Assembly: GCA_963698375.1 (NCBI GenBank)
Contig: CAVOQN010000006.1
Span: 165,488-229,487 of the forward strand
Reading direction: 5' to 3'
Length of the DNA stretch: 64,000 bases
Source of the DNA: an uncultured Pseudomonadota bacterium
Lineage (GTDB): Bacteria > Pseudomonadota > Gammaproteobacteria > Acidiferrobacterales > UBA6901
Part shown: piece by piece, positions 19,554 through 29,401 of the stretch
Numbering within the stretch: the first letter of the stretch is position 1
Layout of the letters: every line of letters starts with the position of its first letter
Notes under the pieces: generated by a model
The model's database searches: none
Seen by the model: the letters and a program-made list of their open reading frames with translations, nothing else
Told to the model about the DNA's origin: nothing
Made by a program: the position numbers and the translations under genes

Positions 19554-20528
19554 CTATGTACAGCACATGTATCGCCACACCGGTGCATACAAGGGCGTCC
19601 CGTCCGGCAGCAGCGGCGTCTTCTCGTCGGTGACAACCGCGCCGTGGGCGTCGTTGTAACTGCCGGTGGACGGCAACGCATCGCTGTGCAGCATGTGCGT
19701 GTTGTTGTAGGGCGCGGCGACGCTGTCGACATCGATCGGCGCGCCATAGTCGGCCAAACCCATCAGCGTCCACGCCGCCAGCTTCGCCGGCAGGTTGTCA
19801 CGGTCGTGGTTGAAGCCAAAGTAGCCAGCGGTCGGGGTCACGTGGTTGCGGTCCTGCCACGGTGCCACGCCATAGCTGTTGCCGTCGCCGGGGGCTGCAA
19901 ACATCAGCACCCGGTCGAGAACATAATACTTCCCGATCACGGCGGCGTGCCCGGCGCCTTGCGAGTGGCCGGAAAACTGCAGGCGTGACCAGAACGGCTG
20001 CCCGTTGTCCAGGTATTGGTCCCAGCCTTCACCCGGCCAGGTCGCGTGCAGGTATTGCAGCAGTTTGATCAGCCGGTTGATGATGGAATTGTTGGCGTTG
20101 ACCGCCACCAGCGTGCTGCGATCGGTACCGTCAATGATCTCGAGGCGAACCCGTTCGTAGCAGGTCAGGTCCGGATCGGTGGCGCACAGATCGATGACCT
20201 CCCAGGAGTTCGGGTAGCGCAAGCCGATGACATGGTTGCCGGCTGCCGCCATCTCCTGCATGTAGCGCTGACTGTTTTCGGGTTTGCCGTAGGAACCCGG
20301 CAAGTGCACCAGCAACCGGCCGCGTGCCACGACGCGCGTGTCGCGGTAGGCGTAGTGGTCGTCGAGCCAGTTGTTGATATTGGTGTCGGTGGCAGCTGGC
20401 GCCACGATGTGTTCGGACAGCGCACCGGCGGGTGGCGCGATGGGGGTGTCGCCACCGCCACCGCTCCCGCCACACCCGGCAATGTTCAACATCACTACCA
20501 AACCGGCAAATCCCGCCTGCCATGACAT
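19554..20528 (-). CDS. lipoprotein, alpha/beta-hydrolase-like (GHSQG)
   Basis: ORF 19554..20846 trimmed to the ATG after GGGAGG. Lipobox LNIAGC. GHSQG nucleophile elbow. Confidence 0.75.
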   Translation of the reverse strand: MSWQAGFAGLVVMLNIAGCGGSGGGGDTPIAPPAGALSEHIVAPAATDTNINNWLDDHYAYRDTRVVARGRLLVHLPGSYGKPENSQRYMQEMAAAGNHVIGLRYPNSWEVIDLCATDPDLTCYERVRLEIIDGTDRSTLVAVNANNSIINRLIKLLQYLHATWPGEGWDQYLDNGQPFWSRLQFSGHSQGAGHAAVIGKYYVLDRVLMFAAPGDGNSYGVAPWQDRNHVTPTAGYFGFNHDRDNLPAKLAAWTLMGLADYGAPIDVDSVAAPYNNTHMLHSDALPSTGSYNDAHGAVVTDEKTPLLPDGTPLYAPVWRYMCCT

Positions 20529-20582
20529 CGTATCCTCCCGTGGGCGCGCTTCGCCCCAACCCGAATGGCGGAGCATGCAATC

Positions 20583-20610
20583 ATAACGCACCGATTGGCC
20601 AGCGGTTGAC
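20583..20610 (-). promoter_or_regulatory. candidate ECF-type promoter GTCAACC-N15-CGTTAT (copy A)
   Basis: The same -35/-10 blocks at identical spacing, with a divergent spacer, occur at 22318..22345 and 25597..25624. Confidence 0.5.
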
Positions 20611-20668
20611 GCCGGCTGAATCTCCCCCACCAGAAATAGTCGTCTCCGATTGGAAGCGACTCGGATTG

Positions 20669-22261
20669 TTAACGTTTTCCAATCGGAGTGTCGGCACGGC
20701 GCAGGGCCCAGACACTGGTGGTGAAGTTCGAGCCGTTGGGCACCGCCGAGTAGAACACCCACGTCTTGGAGGTTCCGATGTAGGGCTCGGGTTCGGATTT
20801 CGCCAGGCTGGCGACGGTCAAGTCGCTCGTATTGGACAGTCGCCATTGCGATTCCGTAGGCGGCGATTGCAGCACCGTCGAGAGCCAGATCTCGCCAGTG
20901 TTGGTGATGGTGTCGTAGAAACCGAGGCCTCTTTCGTTCACCTGGTAAGTGGTGTAGAGCAAGTCATCGAAGACAATGCTCTGGTTGGATTGTGCGAGTG
21001 CCGGATTGACGAGCAGCGAGTCGGGCGGCGTAATCTGCTCGACACTGGTGAACAGCGTCTCCCCCGAACTGCGCTGGTAAACCGTGGTGGTGGCGGTAGC
21101 ATTGATGCCCGGAAGGATCAGCTCACTGTCGCCGAACACCATGGACCACGGGTCGATCTTGTTGCTCGGATCGCCGGTCACGAAATAGGGCGGCGTGCCC
21201 GGGCTGTCCACATCGAACTCCTTCACCTGCACGTAACCCCGCGCGTCGAAGCTGCCAAAACTGAGCGCGGCCTTGCCGCGGAACCAGCGCGCGAAGCCTG
21301 CATCCATCGGGGCGAAGCCGTTCGCGGGCAGCGGCTGGGTTTCCACATCGTGCACGCTGGCGGGATCGGCCAGGCTGATGTACTGCAACGTGAACGAGGT
21401 GTTGCCCGGGGGGCTGTAGCCGGCGCCGGCGACCGTCGAGTTGCGGATCCAGAAGACGTAGTTAGTCGCGTTCGGAAGGTTGGTGGGATAAATAGCGCGG
21501 CGCAGCGTGTCCACCGCGGTCGCGAGTGTGGTAACGGTTCCGGTGGTGGCACTGGTCGGGCGCACGAGAATCAGTTGCCCGGTACGATTCATGCCCACGT
21601 AGAACGCACCCTGCGCATCAATGCCGGCATTGGCCCGGCCCCAGGCGCTGCTGTCGAAAGCGCGAAAGCCTTTGCCGTCCGGCGGGTCGAGTGTTCCGGT
21701 GGCGGGGTCCACGGCACAGTGCCACATGGTGCCCAATCCGGAACCATCGGTGGACTGCTCAAACCAGACCATGTAGCGGCTATCGTCCGTGAACTCCACG
21801 TTGGCATAGCTTACGAGCGGGTCGCCCACCTGCACGTCGTTTACCGCAAAGGTGTGCGTCTGCGCGACCACCGCAGAGGACGGCGCCGACATGGCGCCCG
21901 CGCTGTCCTGGGAAGCCACTTGGTAACTGAAGCTGGTACCTGCAAACAGCCCGCTGTCGTTGAAATGGTTGCTGGTTGAGGTAGTGACTGGCTGGCCGTT
22001 GCGGTAGATCACGTACGAAGCCGCCGCGGTGACCACATCCCAGGCGAGGCTGATCTCCGACGACGACACTGCATTCGCCGTCAGGCCTGTGGGCGCCGTC
22101 AGCGAACCGGGTGGCGGGGGCGTCGAGCCAGAACCACCTCCGCCTCCGCACGCTGACAGGAATACGCATGACAAGAGGAGTATCGTCAGTCCAGTTGAAC
22201 GCATCATCACTGTTAACCCCGGTTTCAATTTATGTGTGAACACAGCTCGTCTGCATGACAT
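20669..22261 (-). CDS. lipoprotein with N-terminal fibronectin type III domain and unknown C-terminal domain
   Basis: ORF. Lipobox FLSAC followed by a G-rich linker. FN3-like LTANAVSSSEISLAWD...YVIYRNG. The start context GGAGGACACGATGTCATG is conserved with 20528. Confidence 0.75.
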   Translation of the reverse strand: MSCRRAVFTHKLKPGLTVMMRSTGLTILLLSCVFLSACGGGGGSGSTPPPPGSLTAPTGLTANAVSSSEISLAWDVVTAAASYVIYRNGQPVTTSTSNHFNDSGLFAGTSFSYQVASQDSAGAMSAPSSAVVAQTHTFAVNDVQVGDPLVSYANVEFTDDSRYMVWFEQSTDGSGLGTMWHCAVDPATGTLDPPDGKGFRAFDSSAWGRANAGIDAQGAFYVGMNRTGQLILVRPTSATTGTVTTLATAVDTLRRAIYPTNLPNATNYVFWIRNSTVAGAGYSPPGNTSFTLQYISLADPASVHDVETQPLPANGFAPMDAGFARWFRGKAALSFGSFDARGYVQVKEFDVDSPGTPPYFVTGDPSNKIDPWSMVFGDSELILPGINATATTTVYQRSSGETLFTSVEQITPPDSLLVNPALAQSNQSIVFDDLLYTTYQVNERGLGFYDTITNTGEIWLSTVLQSPPTESQWRLSNTSDLTVASLAKSEPEPYIGTSKTWVFYSAVPNGSNFTTSVWALRRADTPIGKR

Positions 22262-22317
22262 CGTGTCCTCCCCGTGGGCGCGTTTCGCCCGGGCCCGGAA
22301 ACCGGGGGCATGCAGTC

Positions 22318-22345
22318 ATAACGCACCGACAGGCTAGCGGTTGAC
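22318..22345 (-). promoter_or_regulatory. candidate ECF-type promoter GTCAACC-N15-CGTTAT (copy B)
   Basis: See 20583..20610. Confidence 0.5.
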
Positions 22346-22561
22346 ACGGCTGAACCTCCCACACCAGAAATAGCCGTCTCCAATCAGAAGCGGCCAAGGC
22401 ATCAGATGTTTGCGTTGACACACTCGACCCGCGCCGTGATGATTCAACAAGCCGGCAAGGAGAATATTAAGAAGAAACTGTTACGAGCCGGCCTCCGTCC
22501 GAAGGGAGAGTTCCGCATGCGCACGAGCACTCATGTTCTGCTGGCAGCGGCAAAAAAACCC

Positions 22562-22611
22562 GGGTCAGAGAGGAATTGTTGCTAATATTAGAAAATATTC
22601 CTCTCTGACCC
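22562..22611. repeat. 50-nt palindromic repeat, GGGTCAGAGAGG family
   Basis: GGGTCAGAGAGGAAT-N20-ATTCCTCTCTGACCC. Related copies at 44950, 45825 and 52796. Confidence 0.8.
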
Positions 22612-22657
22612 TGATTACCCAGTCCCCTCACGACGTAGTCAACGAAACAACACAGCA

Positions 22658-22999
22658 ATGAGCAGCCAACCCAAGTGCCCGAAGTGCGCTTCCGTCTACA
22701 CCTACGAAGACGGAAACATGTTTGTCTGCCCGGAATGCGCGCATGAATGGTCGAAGGAGGCGGCAGCCGAAATTATTGATGAGGGCCTGATAGTCAAAGA
22801 TGCGCACGGCAACCTGCTGCACGACGGTGACAGTGTGTCCGTCATCAAGGATCTCAAGGTCAAGGGTTCCTCGTCGGTGGTGAAGGTTGGCACCAAAGTG
22901 AAAAACATCCGGCTGGTCGAGGGCGACCACAATATCGACTGCAAAATCGACGGCATTGGGCCGATGAAACTGAAGTCAGAGTTTTTAAAGAAGGCGTAG
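22658..22999 (+). CDS. phnA: PhnA/YjdM zinc-ribbon protein
   Basis: CPKC...CPEC zinc ribbon and a C-terminal domain with [16 protein letters not shown]. Confidence 0.9.
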   Translation: MSSQPKCPKCASVYTYEDGNMFVCPECAHEWSKEAAAEIIDEGLIVKDAHGNLLHDGDSVSVIKDLKVKGSSSVVKVGTKVKNIRLVEGDHNIDCKIDGIGPMKLKSEFLKKA

Positions 23000-23089
23000 T
23001 TTATGAAAAGATGATGTAGTGATTAAACTTTTGTCACTGCGTACCCTAAAATGTCTTTAACAATTTCATCTTTCATCACCGTGGAATCC

Positions 23090-23239
23090 ATGAAAGCAGT
23101 TGTCCACGACCACTACGGCCCACCGGATGTGCTTCGGGTCTCGGAAATCGACAGGCCCATCCCCCGTAACCTGTGTTGGGCGAATGTCGCGAATACTGCA
23201 CTGAATTCCTTTCCGGCGCGGATCAGCTGGCGTATTTAA
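23090..23239 (+). pseudogene. N-terminal fragment of an MDR-family quinone oxidoreductase
   Basis: MKAVVHDHYGPPDVLRVSEIDRPIP matches the N-terminus of 43817..44797 ([25 protein letters not shown]) and then diverges into nonsense. Confidence 0.5.
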
Positions 23240-23414
23240 AAAAATTTCACTTGTTCGTCATATGCCTGCCATGCAGGCAGGCATGTCCCCGGCTCGCTCC
23301 GGCGCGCGCCGCGGCGGCGCCTGAGCCGATTTAATGAACAGGTAACAAACGGCCACTAGAGTTCCTGTCGCAGTGCGCACCCGCACCCCAAACCTTTGCT
23401 TACCGGGAGACAAA

Positions 23415-24737
23415 ATGAACAGGAAATCCTTGCTTGCCGCCGCGATCAGTGCCGTCGTGGTTTCCGCCGCCGTTGCCGATTCGACCGTCGTCAAGGGCCC
23501 GATCGCATTCAACCCGATCGCCGCCTCCGCGTACGCGGAGCTGACCACCGATCCGGTCATCCTCAACAGCCAGCCGTGGGTTATTCCCCAGGGCTTTTCG
23601 CAGCGCATCGTGTCCGACGAAAACAACCTGAATATTTATGCCGGCTCCGACTGGAACGACATGAACACGGTCAATGAGACCGGGAAACATGCCGGCCGAT
23701 ACATGTACCGCACTCATGAAGTGCGTCCGGACACCAGCAACCTCGGCGCGTACACCGGCGGTGCGGTGTCGGTGGTGGACCTGAAGACCGGCGAGGCCAG
23801 GCTTGTGGTGCAGCGCCTCGATTGGGAAGCCCTCGATGGCATCGTCTGGACGCCGTGGGGCACGGTGCTGTTTGCCGAGGAAACCGGCAGCGCCGTGTTT
23901 GCCGACCCGGATTATCCGGCCGCGATCCGCGGCCTGGTCTACGAGATGAAGCTCGACCGGAGGGACCCGACCCGCGCCGAATGGGTCAAGGTGCGTCCGA
24001 TGCTCGGTTCGGTGTCGCACGAAGGCATTGAATTCGACAGCGAAGGCAACGTGTACGTAATTGATGAAACCAGCCCAGGCGCAATCTTCAAGTTTGTGCC
24101 GAAGCACTATGGCGACCTGAGCGATGGACAGCTGTACGCGCTGAAGGTGGACGACAGCGCCAACGGTGATCGCGTCGGCCCGGCCGAATGGGTGGCGCTC
24201 GACATGAACCTGGCGCCGATGGATGCACGCACTGCCGCCGCCAATGTCGGCGCTACCGGCTACGGCCGCCCCGAGGACCTGGAGCGCATCGGCAACACGC
24301 TGTACGTCGCGATTACCAGCGAGGCGCGCGTGCTGTCAATCAGCCTCGGCAACACGCCGGTGGTGAAGAACTTCGTCAAGGCCGGCCTGAATGTCCCGGT
24401 GGAGAATCGCACGGCCGGCATCACCGGCTTCCGCAACCCTGACAACCTCGCGAACGGACCGGACGGCAAGCTCTGGATTGTAGAAGACAATGTGCCGAGT
24501 GATATCTGGGTGGCACTGCCGGACAAGGACGGCGACGGCGTCAGCGACGGCGTTTACCTGTTCGCCACGCTCAAGGATAACGGCGCCGAAGGCACCGGCA
24601 TCTACTTCGGCAAGGACCCGCACACCCTGTTCGTGAACGTGCAGCACTCGGCCACCGGCAATGACAAGACCATGGCGATTACCAATCGTCAACGCGGTCA
24701 TGGTGGCGATGACGACGATTATCACGTCGGCCGTTAA
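23415..24737 (+). CDS. PhoX/DUF839-like secreted beta-propeller protein, paralog 2
   Basis: ORF 23373..24737. Signal peptide MNRKSLLAAAISAVVVSAAVA. Colinear with 10134..11453. Confidence 0.75.
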   Translation: MNRKSLLAAAISAVVVSAAVADSTVVKGPIAFNPIAASAYAELTTDPVILNSQPWVIPQGFSQRIVSDENNLNIYAGSDWNDMNTVNETGKHAGRYMYRTHEVRPDTSNLGAYTGGAVSVVDLKTGEARLVVQRLDWEALDGIVWTPWGTVLFAEETGSAVFADPDYPAAIRGLVYEMKLDRRDPTRAEWVKVRPMLGSVSHEGIEFDSEGNVYVIDETSPGAIFKFVPKHYGDLSDGQLYALKVDDSANGDRVGPAEWVALDMNLAPMDARTAAANVGATGYGRPEDLERIGNTLYVAITSEARVLSISLGNTPVVKNFVKAGLNVPVENRTAGITGFRNPDNLANGPDGKLWIVEDNVPSDIWVALPDKDGDGVSDGVYLFATLKDNGAEGTGIYFGKDPHTLFVNVQHSATGNDKTMAITNRQRGHGGDDDDYHVGR

Positions 24738-24782
24738 CGCTGATTCGTATCAGGTTACCAGTTAGGGAATAGTCTTCATGAT

Positions 24783-24818
24783 TGCCGCGGCGCTGCAATG
24801 CGCCGCGGCATTTTTTTT
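24783..24818 (+). terminator. rho-independent terminator
   Basis: TGCCGCGGCG-loop-CGCCGCGGCA followed by T8. Confidence 0.8.
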
Positions 24819-24915
24819 GCCCAGCGAGCCTGCGGCCGTTTCATCTGAAAAATATCATCGCGCCAAAATCACACTGATCAACGCAATCGCTACCTCTGCA
24901 AATTCCGGATTGGAC

Positions 24916-25533
24916 TTATAAATAATTGCTGGAGTCCACCGGCCGGAAGTAGTTGCCAATCGCCGCCACATGGCGGTGATCGGTGCCGCAGCAGCCGCCG
25001 ACCACGCGCAGTTTCGGCAGCAGTGTGCCGAGCGCGCGGTATTCGTGTCCCAGTTCCACCGGGTTGCCGGCATCGAGGTCGGTGCTTTCGTCGAGTTCGG
25101 CATGGCTGCGTTTCGAGGCATTGGCGCGCAGCCCGCGAATGCGCTGCGTCCACGCGCCGCCATTTTTCAGCTCGCGCTCGAAGTGCGTGGGGTGTGCGCA
25201 GTTGATCATGAAGTAAGCCGCGTAGCCGCCGGTCTCGGCGTCGGTGCGCTCGATCGCGCGTTGCAGCGTGTCACCGCTCGGCAACTTGCCGTCGGTTTCG
25301 AGCGTGAACGAAATCACCACTGGCATCTGCGCGTCGCGCGCCGCCACGCGCGTGTCGCGGTAGGCGTAGTGGTCGTCGAGCCAGTTGTTGATATTGGTGT
25401 CGGTGGCAGCTGGCGCCACGATGTGTTCCGCCAGTGAACCGCCGATTGGGCTGCCCGGATTGTTGCTTCCGCCGCCACAGCCGGACAGGGCCAGCATCAT
25501 CACCAGACCAATAATCAGCAATTGTAAAGACAT
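24916..25533 (-). CDS. chimeric ORF: lipoprotein signal/N-terminus fused in frame to the C-terminal half of a homocysteine S-methyltransferase paralog
   Basis: The N-terminus MSLQLLIIGLVMMLALSGC...AEHIVAPAATDTNINNWLDDHYAYRDTRV matches 19554..20528. The C-terminus DAQMPVVISFTLETDG...GGCCGTDHRHV matches 32196..32626. Confidence 0.6.
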   Translation of the reverse strand: MSLQLLIIGLVMMLALSGCGGGSNNPGSPIGGSLAEHIVAPAATDTNINNWLDDHYAYRDTRVAARDAQMPVVISFTLETDGKLPSGDTLQRAIERTDAETGGYAAYFMINCAHPTHFERELKNGGAWTQRIRGLRANASKRSHAELDESTDLDAGNPVELGHEYRALGTLLPKLRVVGGCCGTDHRHVAAIGNYFRPVDSSNYL

Positions 25534-25596
25534 CAGAAATGAACCCTTCTGGTTGCACAGCATTCTGTTCCAGCCCGGTGTCCGGCGTATACAGCC

Positions 25597-25624
25597 ATAA
25601 CGCACCGGTCGACAAATGGTTGAC
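25597..25624 (-). promoter_or_regulatory. candidate ECF-type promoter GTCAACC-N15-CGTTAT (copy C)
   Basis: See 20583..20610. Confidence 0.45.
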
Positions 25625-25675
25625 GTCGTTTCGATATTCAATGCGTAGGCAGCCGGGTTTTGATCGAGGCACAAG

Positions 25676-26458
25676 TTACTGCGCCAGAATCTCGCGAATT
25701 GCCTCGATCACGAACTCCGGTTTGTCTGACTGGATGAAGTGCCCGCTCTCCACCCACTGCTGACGGCCCTCCGGGTACAGGCGCGCGAAATCCGCACGCG
25801 TATTGTTGGAGTGCTTCACGACGTCGCTGTCCCGCTTGTCCACCGCGCTCAGGATACTTACCGGTTTGTTGGTAACCGTGGGCAGGGCCAGCACTGCCTG
25901 ACCGGTGGCGGGTGCGGCATCGAACTCTCTTTTCTTTTCGCCGGTTAAATAAACGTGCAGGAGCGCGCGCACCCACCACGATTGCTTGTCGAGCGCGCCG
26001 GCGCCCTCCATCTGGGTGGGGTGTGTGGCGTCCACCAGCACCAGGCCACGGACTTCATCCGGATACTGGCGCGCGAACAGTTGCATGTACAAACCGCCGA
26101 GCGAATGGCCCACCAGCACATACGGCGGCATCAGCCCCTGGCGGCGCAGCAGCGTGCGCAGCTCGTCCACGATATGCGCGCCGTCGCGCGGCGTTACGGC
26201 CGGGTCGCTGCCGCCATAACCCGGCCGGTTGTAGGCGAACACCGTGGCGTCCTGACCGATGTCGCGAAATACCTTGTCCCAGCTGTGCAGGGACGCACCG
26301 AGACCATTCTCAAACACCACCACCGGCGCACCGCCCTTGATCAGCGCGAATTCGATATGTCGTTGATCAATCGTTGCCACGTCGACAGCGGGCAGGCTGG
26401 CGCAACCCGACAGGAGAGCGAGAAGCAAGAATGGAATTCCCAAAAAGCAATTTTTCAC
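25676..26458 (-). CDS. alpha/beta hydrolase lipoprotein
   Basis: Lipobox LLSGC and GHSLGG nucleophile elbow. Confidence 0.85.
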   Translation of the reverse strand: MKNCFLGIPFLLLALLSGCASLPAVDVATIDQRHIEFALIKGGAPVVVFENGLGASLHSWDKVFRDIGQDATVFAYNRPGYGGSDPAVTPRDGAHIVDELRTLLRRQGLMPPYVLVGHSLGGLYMQLFARQYPDEVRGLVLVDATHPTQMEGAGALDKQSWWVRALLHVYLTGEKKREFDAAPATGQAVLALPTVTNKPVSILSAVDKRDSDVVKHSNNTRADFARLYPEGRQQWVESGHFIQSDKPEFVIEAIREILAQ

Positions 26459-26602
26459 CAGCTATCCTCGGCATGCATGATTCGTGACAAAGATTCTCCG
26501 TGTGACCATGGCCGCAAGATGCAGAACCTACCGTAAACGGTTAAGGTGATCATTCACAGAGTGCTCATGCAATCGGCGCAGCCCTTGTCGGTGTCGGAGA
26601 AA

Positions 26603-29264
26603 TTATTTCAGCGGTGTGGCCGGGTTCGCTCGATTACCGTCGCGGGCGGCGCGTGCGCGATCCTGTAGATAGGCCTTGATCCCGGGGTTTTCCTGCGAGG
26701 TCGCAATGTCGGAATAATGCAGAGCGATGCGGGAACGAAGGCTCTCGTTCCAGGGCGCGAGCGCCAGCGCGTCGTCGTATTGACGAAAGATCTCCATCGC
26801 GGATCCCGGCCCCAGGCTGATGCGGTAGCCGTTCAGGTAAGCCTGTTCGGCGGCCAGCGCGCGTTCGAGTTTCTCTGCCTCGCCCTTGCTGCGCAGCTTG
26901 ATCGCCGCCAGGAAGTCGTGTGCGGCGGCACGTTTCAGGTCCGCAATAAACTCGATGTTTGCAGCGATCCGCAGTTTGTGCGGGACCGCATAATCCCACG
27001 GTGAGAAGAATTCGTAACGTGGATGGACCAGCGTATTCTCCGGCACGTCCCGCAGCACGCGCCGGATATGCTCGCCGTCTGTTACGAACTGCGCCAACAC
27101 CGCCTCCGGCGTCGTCAGGCCGTAACGCGCGAGCCCGGCGAGGGCTTCGTGCCCGGAGCGCATGACCCGTTCAATGCGGGTGCTGTCGAGTACAATCTTC
27201 TCGTTCGAGCCGATCAGGATTGTGTTGTAGCCGCTCGCCTTGAGTGCGGGCATGAAGAAGCCCATCAGCATATGCGGGAAGCTGTCGGCGAAGGTCTTCA
27301 ACACCATGGTGTACTGGCTCGGCGGCAGGTTCGCCGGCATCCACTGAATCAGCATGCCACCGGGTGCCAGGCGTTGCCGCAGCAGGTTGTAGTATTCACG
27401 AGAGTAGGAGAACCCGTTAGACGCAAAGTCGAGCGATGTCTTCTCATCGGCGGAGATCACGCGGTAGCGATCGTTCGTGGTCCGCAAGTAGTTCGCGATG
27501 TCGTCGATCACCACGCGTGCTCGCGGGTCAGACAGGACGCGGTGGTTTTCGTTGGTGAAGAACACCGCACCCGTGACGACGCTTGGCTCGATTTCCACGC
27601 AGGTAATCGTTTGCACCCGCGCATGGCGGATGCTTTCGCCCGCGAGAATGCCGGAACCAAGCCCGATCGACAGTTCGGTCGAGACATCGTCCAGCAGCAA
27701 CTTTGGCAAATGGGCCAACAACAGTTGCTTGTACTCGGTGAACGTATTGCCGCCGATGACGATGCCGTCGATGGCCATTACCTTCTCGCCCGTGACCGGG
27801 TCGAGTGTCACCTTGGTTGTGGCCGACGGTCCGTCCTGGTAGAACATGGTCAGATGCGTCGGGCTCTCATTTTCGGAGGGAAAATGAAAGTCGAGCGGCA
27901 CGTGCGCAAGAACCAGCAGCGCGCCCACGGCCGCCGCGGGCACGGCCCAGCGCAAACGTCGTGCGCCGGCCAGACGCAGCGCCAGGAAGGTAAATCCGAT
28001 ACAGGCGTTCAGTGCCGCCATCAGCAGGATGCCGCGCTGGATACCGAGCCAGTTCAGCAGCACGAAACCGGGCAGCAAGGCACCGGCCACATTGCCGAGG
28101 GTATTGCTCGCGTAAATCAGCCCGACGCGCCTGCCCGTGTGCTGAAGGTCGACAATGCCGACGCGCCCCACCAGCGGGAAGGTCGCGCCAATCAAGGTCG
28201 CCGGCACCAGCATCACGAGTAAACGCGATGCCGAAGCGCGCGACAGTGAGCAACCCGATATTGCCCGTCGCTTCACTCAGGAATTCGCGGATTGCCTGCG
28301 GCCCGAGGAATGCAAACAGCACCGGTAGCGCCACAGCCGAAGACACGGCAATGAGCACCTGAATCCAGCCAAACAGTGCCACCCGGTCAACGACCCGATC
28401 AACGAACAGGCGGGCCAGGTAACCACCAAGCGCGATGCCGGTAATAAATGCCGTGAGCATCGTCGTGAGCGCGTAGGTCGAATTGCCCAGGAGAAAAACG
28501 AGCGATCGCGTCCAGTAGATCTCGTAGGCAAAGGATGTCAGGCCGGACACACCGAGAGCGAAGAGCAGCAATGCATAGGTTCTGGGCGAGAGCGCCTCGC
28601 CGTTCGGTGCCGGCCTTGCGTCGGGTAGCGGCACCGCCGTCGCTGGCACCGGGTTCACGCGGCGGGACGCGGCCCACGCGATCAAGCCCAGACCCAGGTT
28701 GCCCACGACCGCGACGTAGACAGTCACGTGGATACCAAAGGTTCCGATCAGGTAAAAGCCGCTTGCCATGGCGCCTGCAACTGCGCCAATGGTGTTGATG
28801 GCATAGAGAGTGCTCAGATCGGCACCCGCCGCGGAGAGCCGCCGGACCACGAACCGCGCGAGCACCGGCAGCGTCGCGCCCATGAGAAAGGTCGGTATCA
28901 TGACCAGACCAAAGGCGAGCACGAAACGCGAAGCCGCGAGCATCGCTTCGGAATGACCCGAGATCTCGTAGAGTGCGAGATAGGCGGGCGTAATTCGCAA
29001 CAGCAGAAAATGTACGGCGAGCGCCGCGAGACCAATCCCGATTTCCAGGAGGGCATAGAAGCGCAGCGAATTGGTGTTCCGGTCCGCGACTTTTCCGAGC
29101 AGCCAACTCCCCAGCGCGAGTCCCGACATGAACGCTGCCAGCACGACACCCACGGCAACGGCCGTTGTTCCGAACACATGCGTGAGCATTCGTACCCAGA
29201 CGATCTGGTAGACGAGGCCGCAGGCGCCGGAGAAGAAAAACAGGGTTAGGATGAGTAGCCGCAT
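26603..29264 (-). pseudogene. spermidine synthase-like protein with N-terminal polytopic membrane region and C-terminal TPR-like tail, one frameshift
   Basis: ORFs 27867..29264 and 26603..28276 join at ..LLTVARFGIA / LLVMLVPATLIG (homopolymer at 28221-28223). The aminopropyltransferase-like core has IGLGSG and DAYKQ-type segments. Confidence 0.7.
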
Positions 29265-29401
29265 ACCACGCCTATTCTGACTGATAATGCAGTCAGATAT
29301 TAAGGGTATCGACCCCTTTATTTCCGCGGGGCGGTTGCGTTAAACCTGTTTTGTATTTGCAAGTAGCTTTCGCGGTACTGTACATCGTTAGGGATCAGGC
29401 G

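Noticed and set aside
20583-20610. Reading of GGTGCG...TTGCAT as a sigma-54 -24/-12 promoter.
   Set aside because: The GG-to-GC spacing is 2 nt longer than the strict sigma-54 spacing, and the TTGCA block is not conserved in copy C.
20529-20668. The conserved ~140-nt leaders upstream of the lipoprotein genes (also 22262-22420 and 25534-25640) looked like a riboswitch. There was a superficial resemblance to THF and cobalamin elements.
   Set aside because: Only two short blocks are conserved in all three copies (GTCAACC and CGGTGCGTTATG), at fixed spacing with unrelated spacers. I saw no covarying helices and no B12 box or other known core. An ECF-type promoter explains the pattern better.
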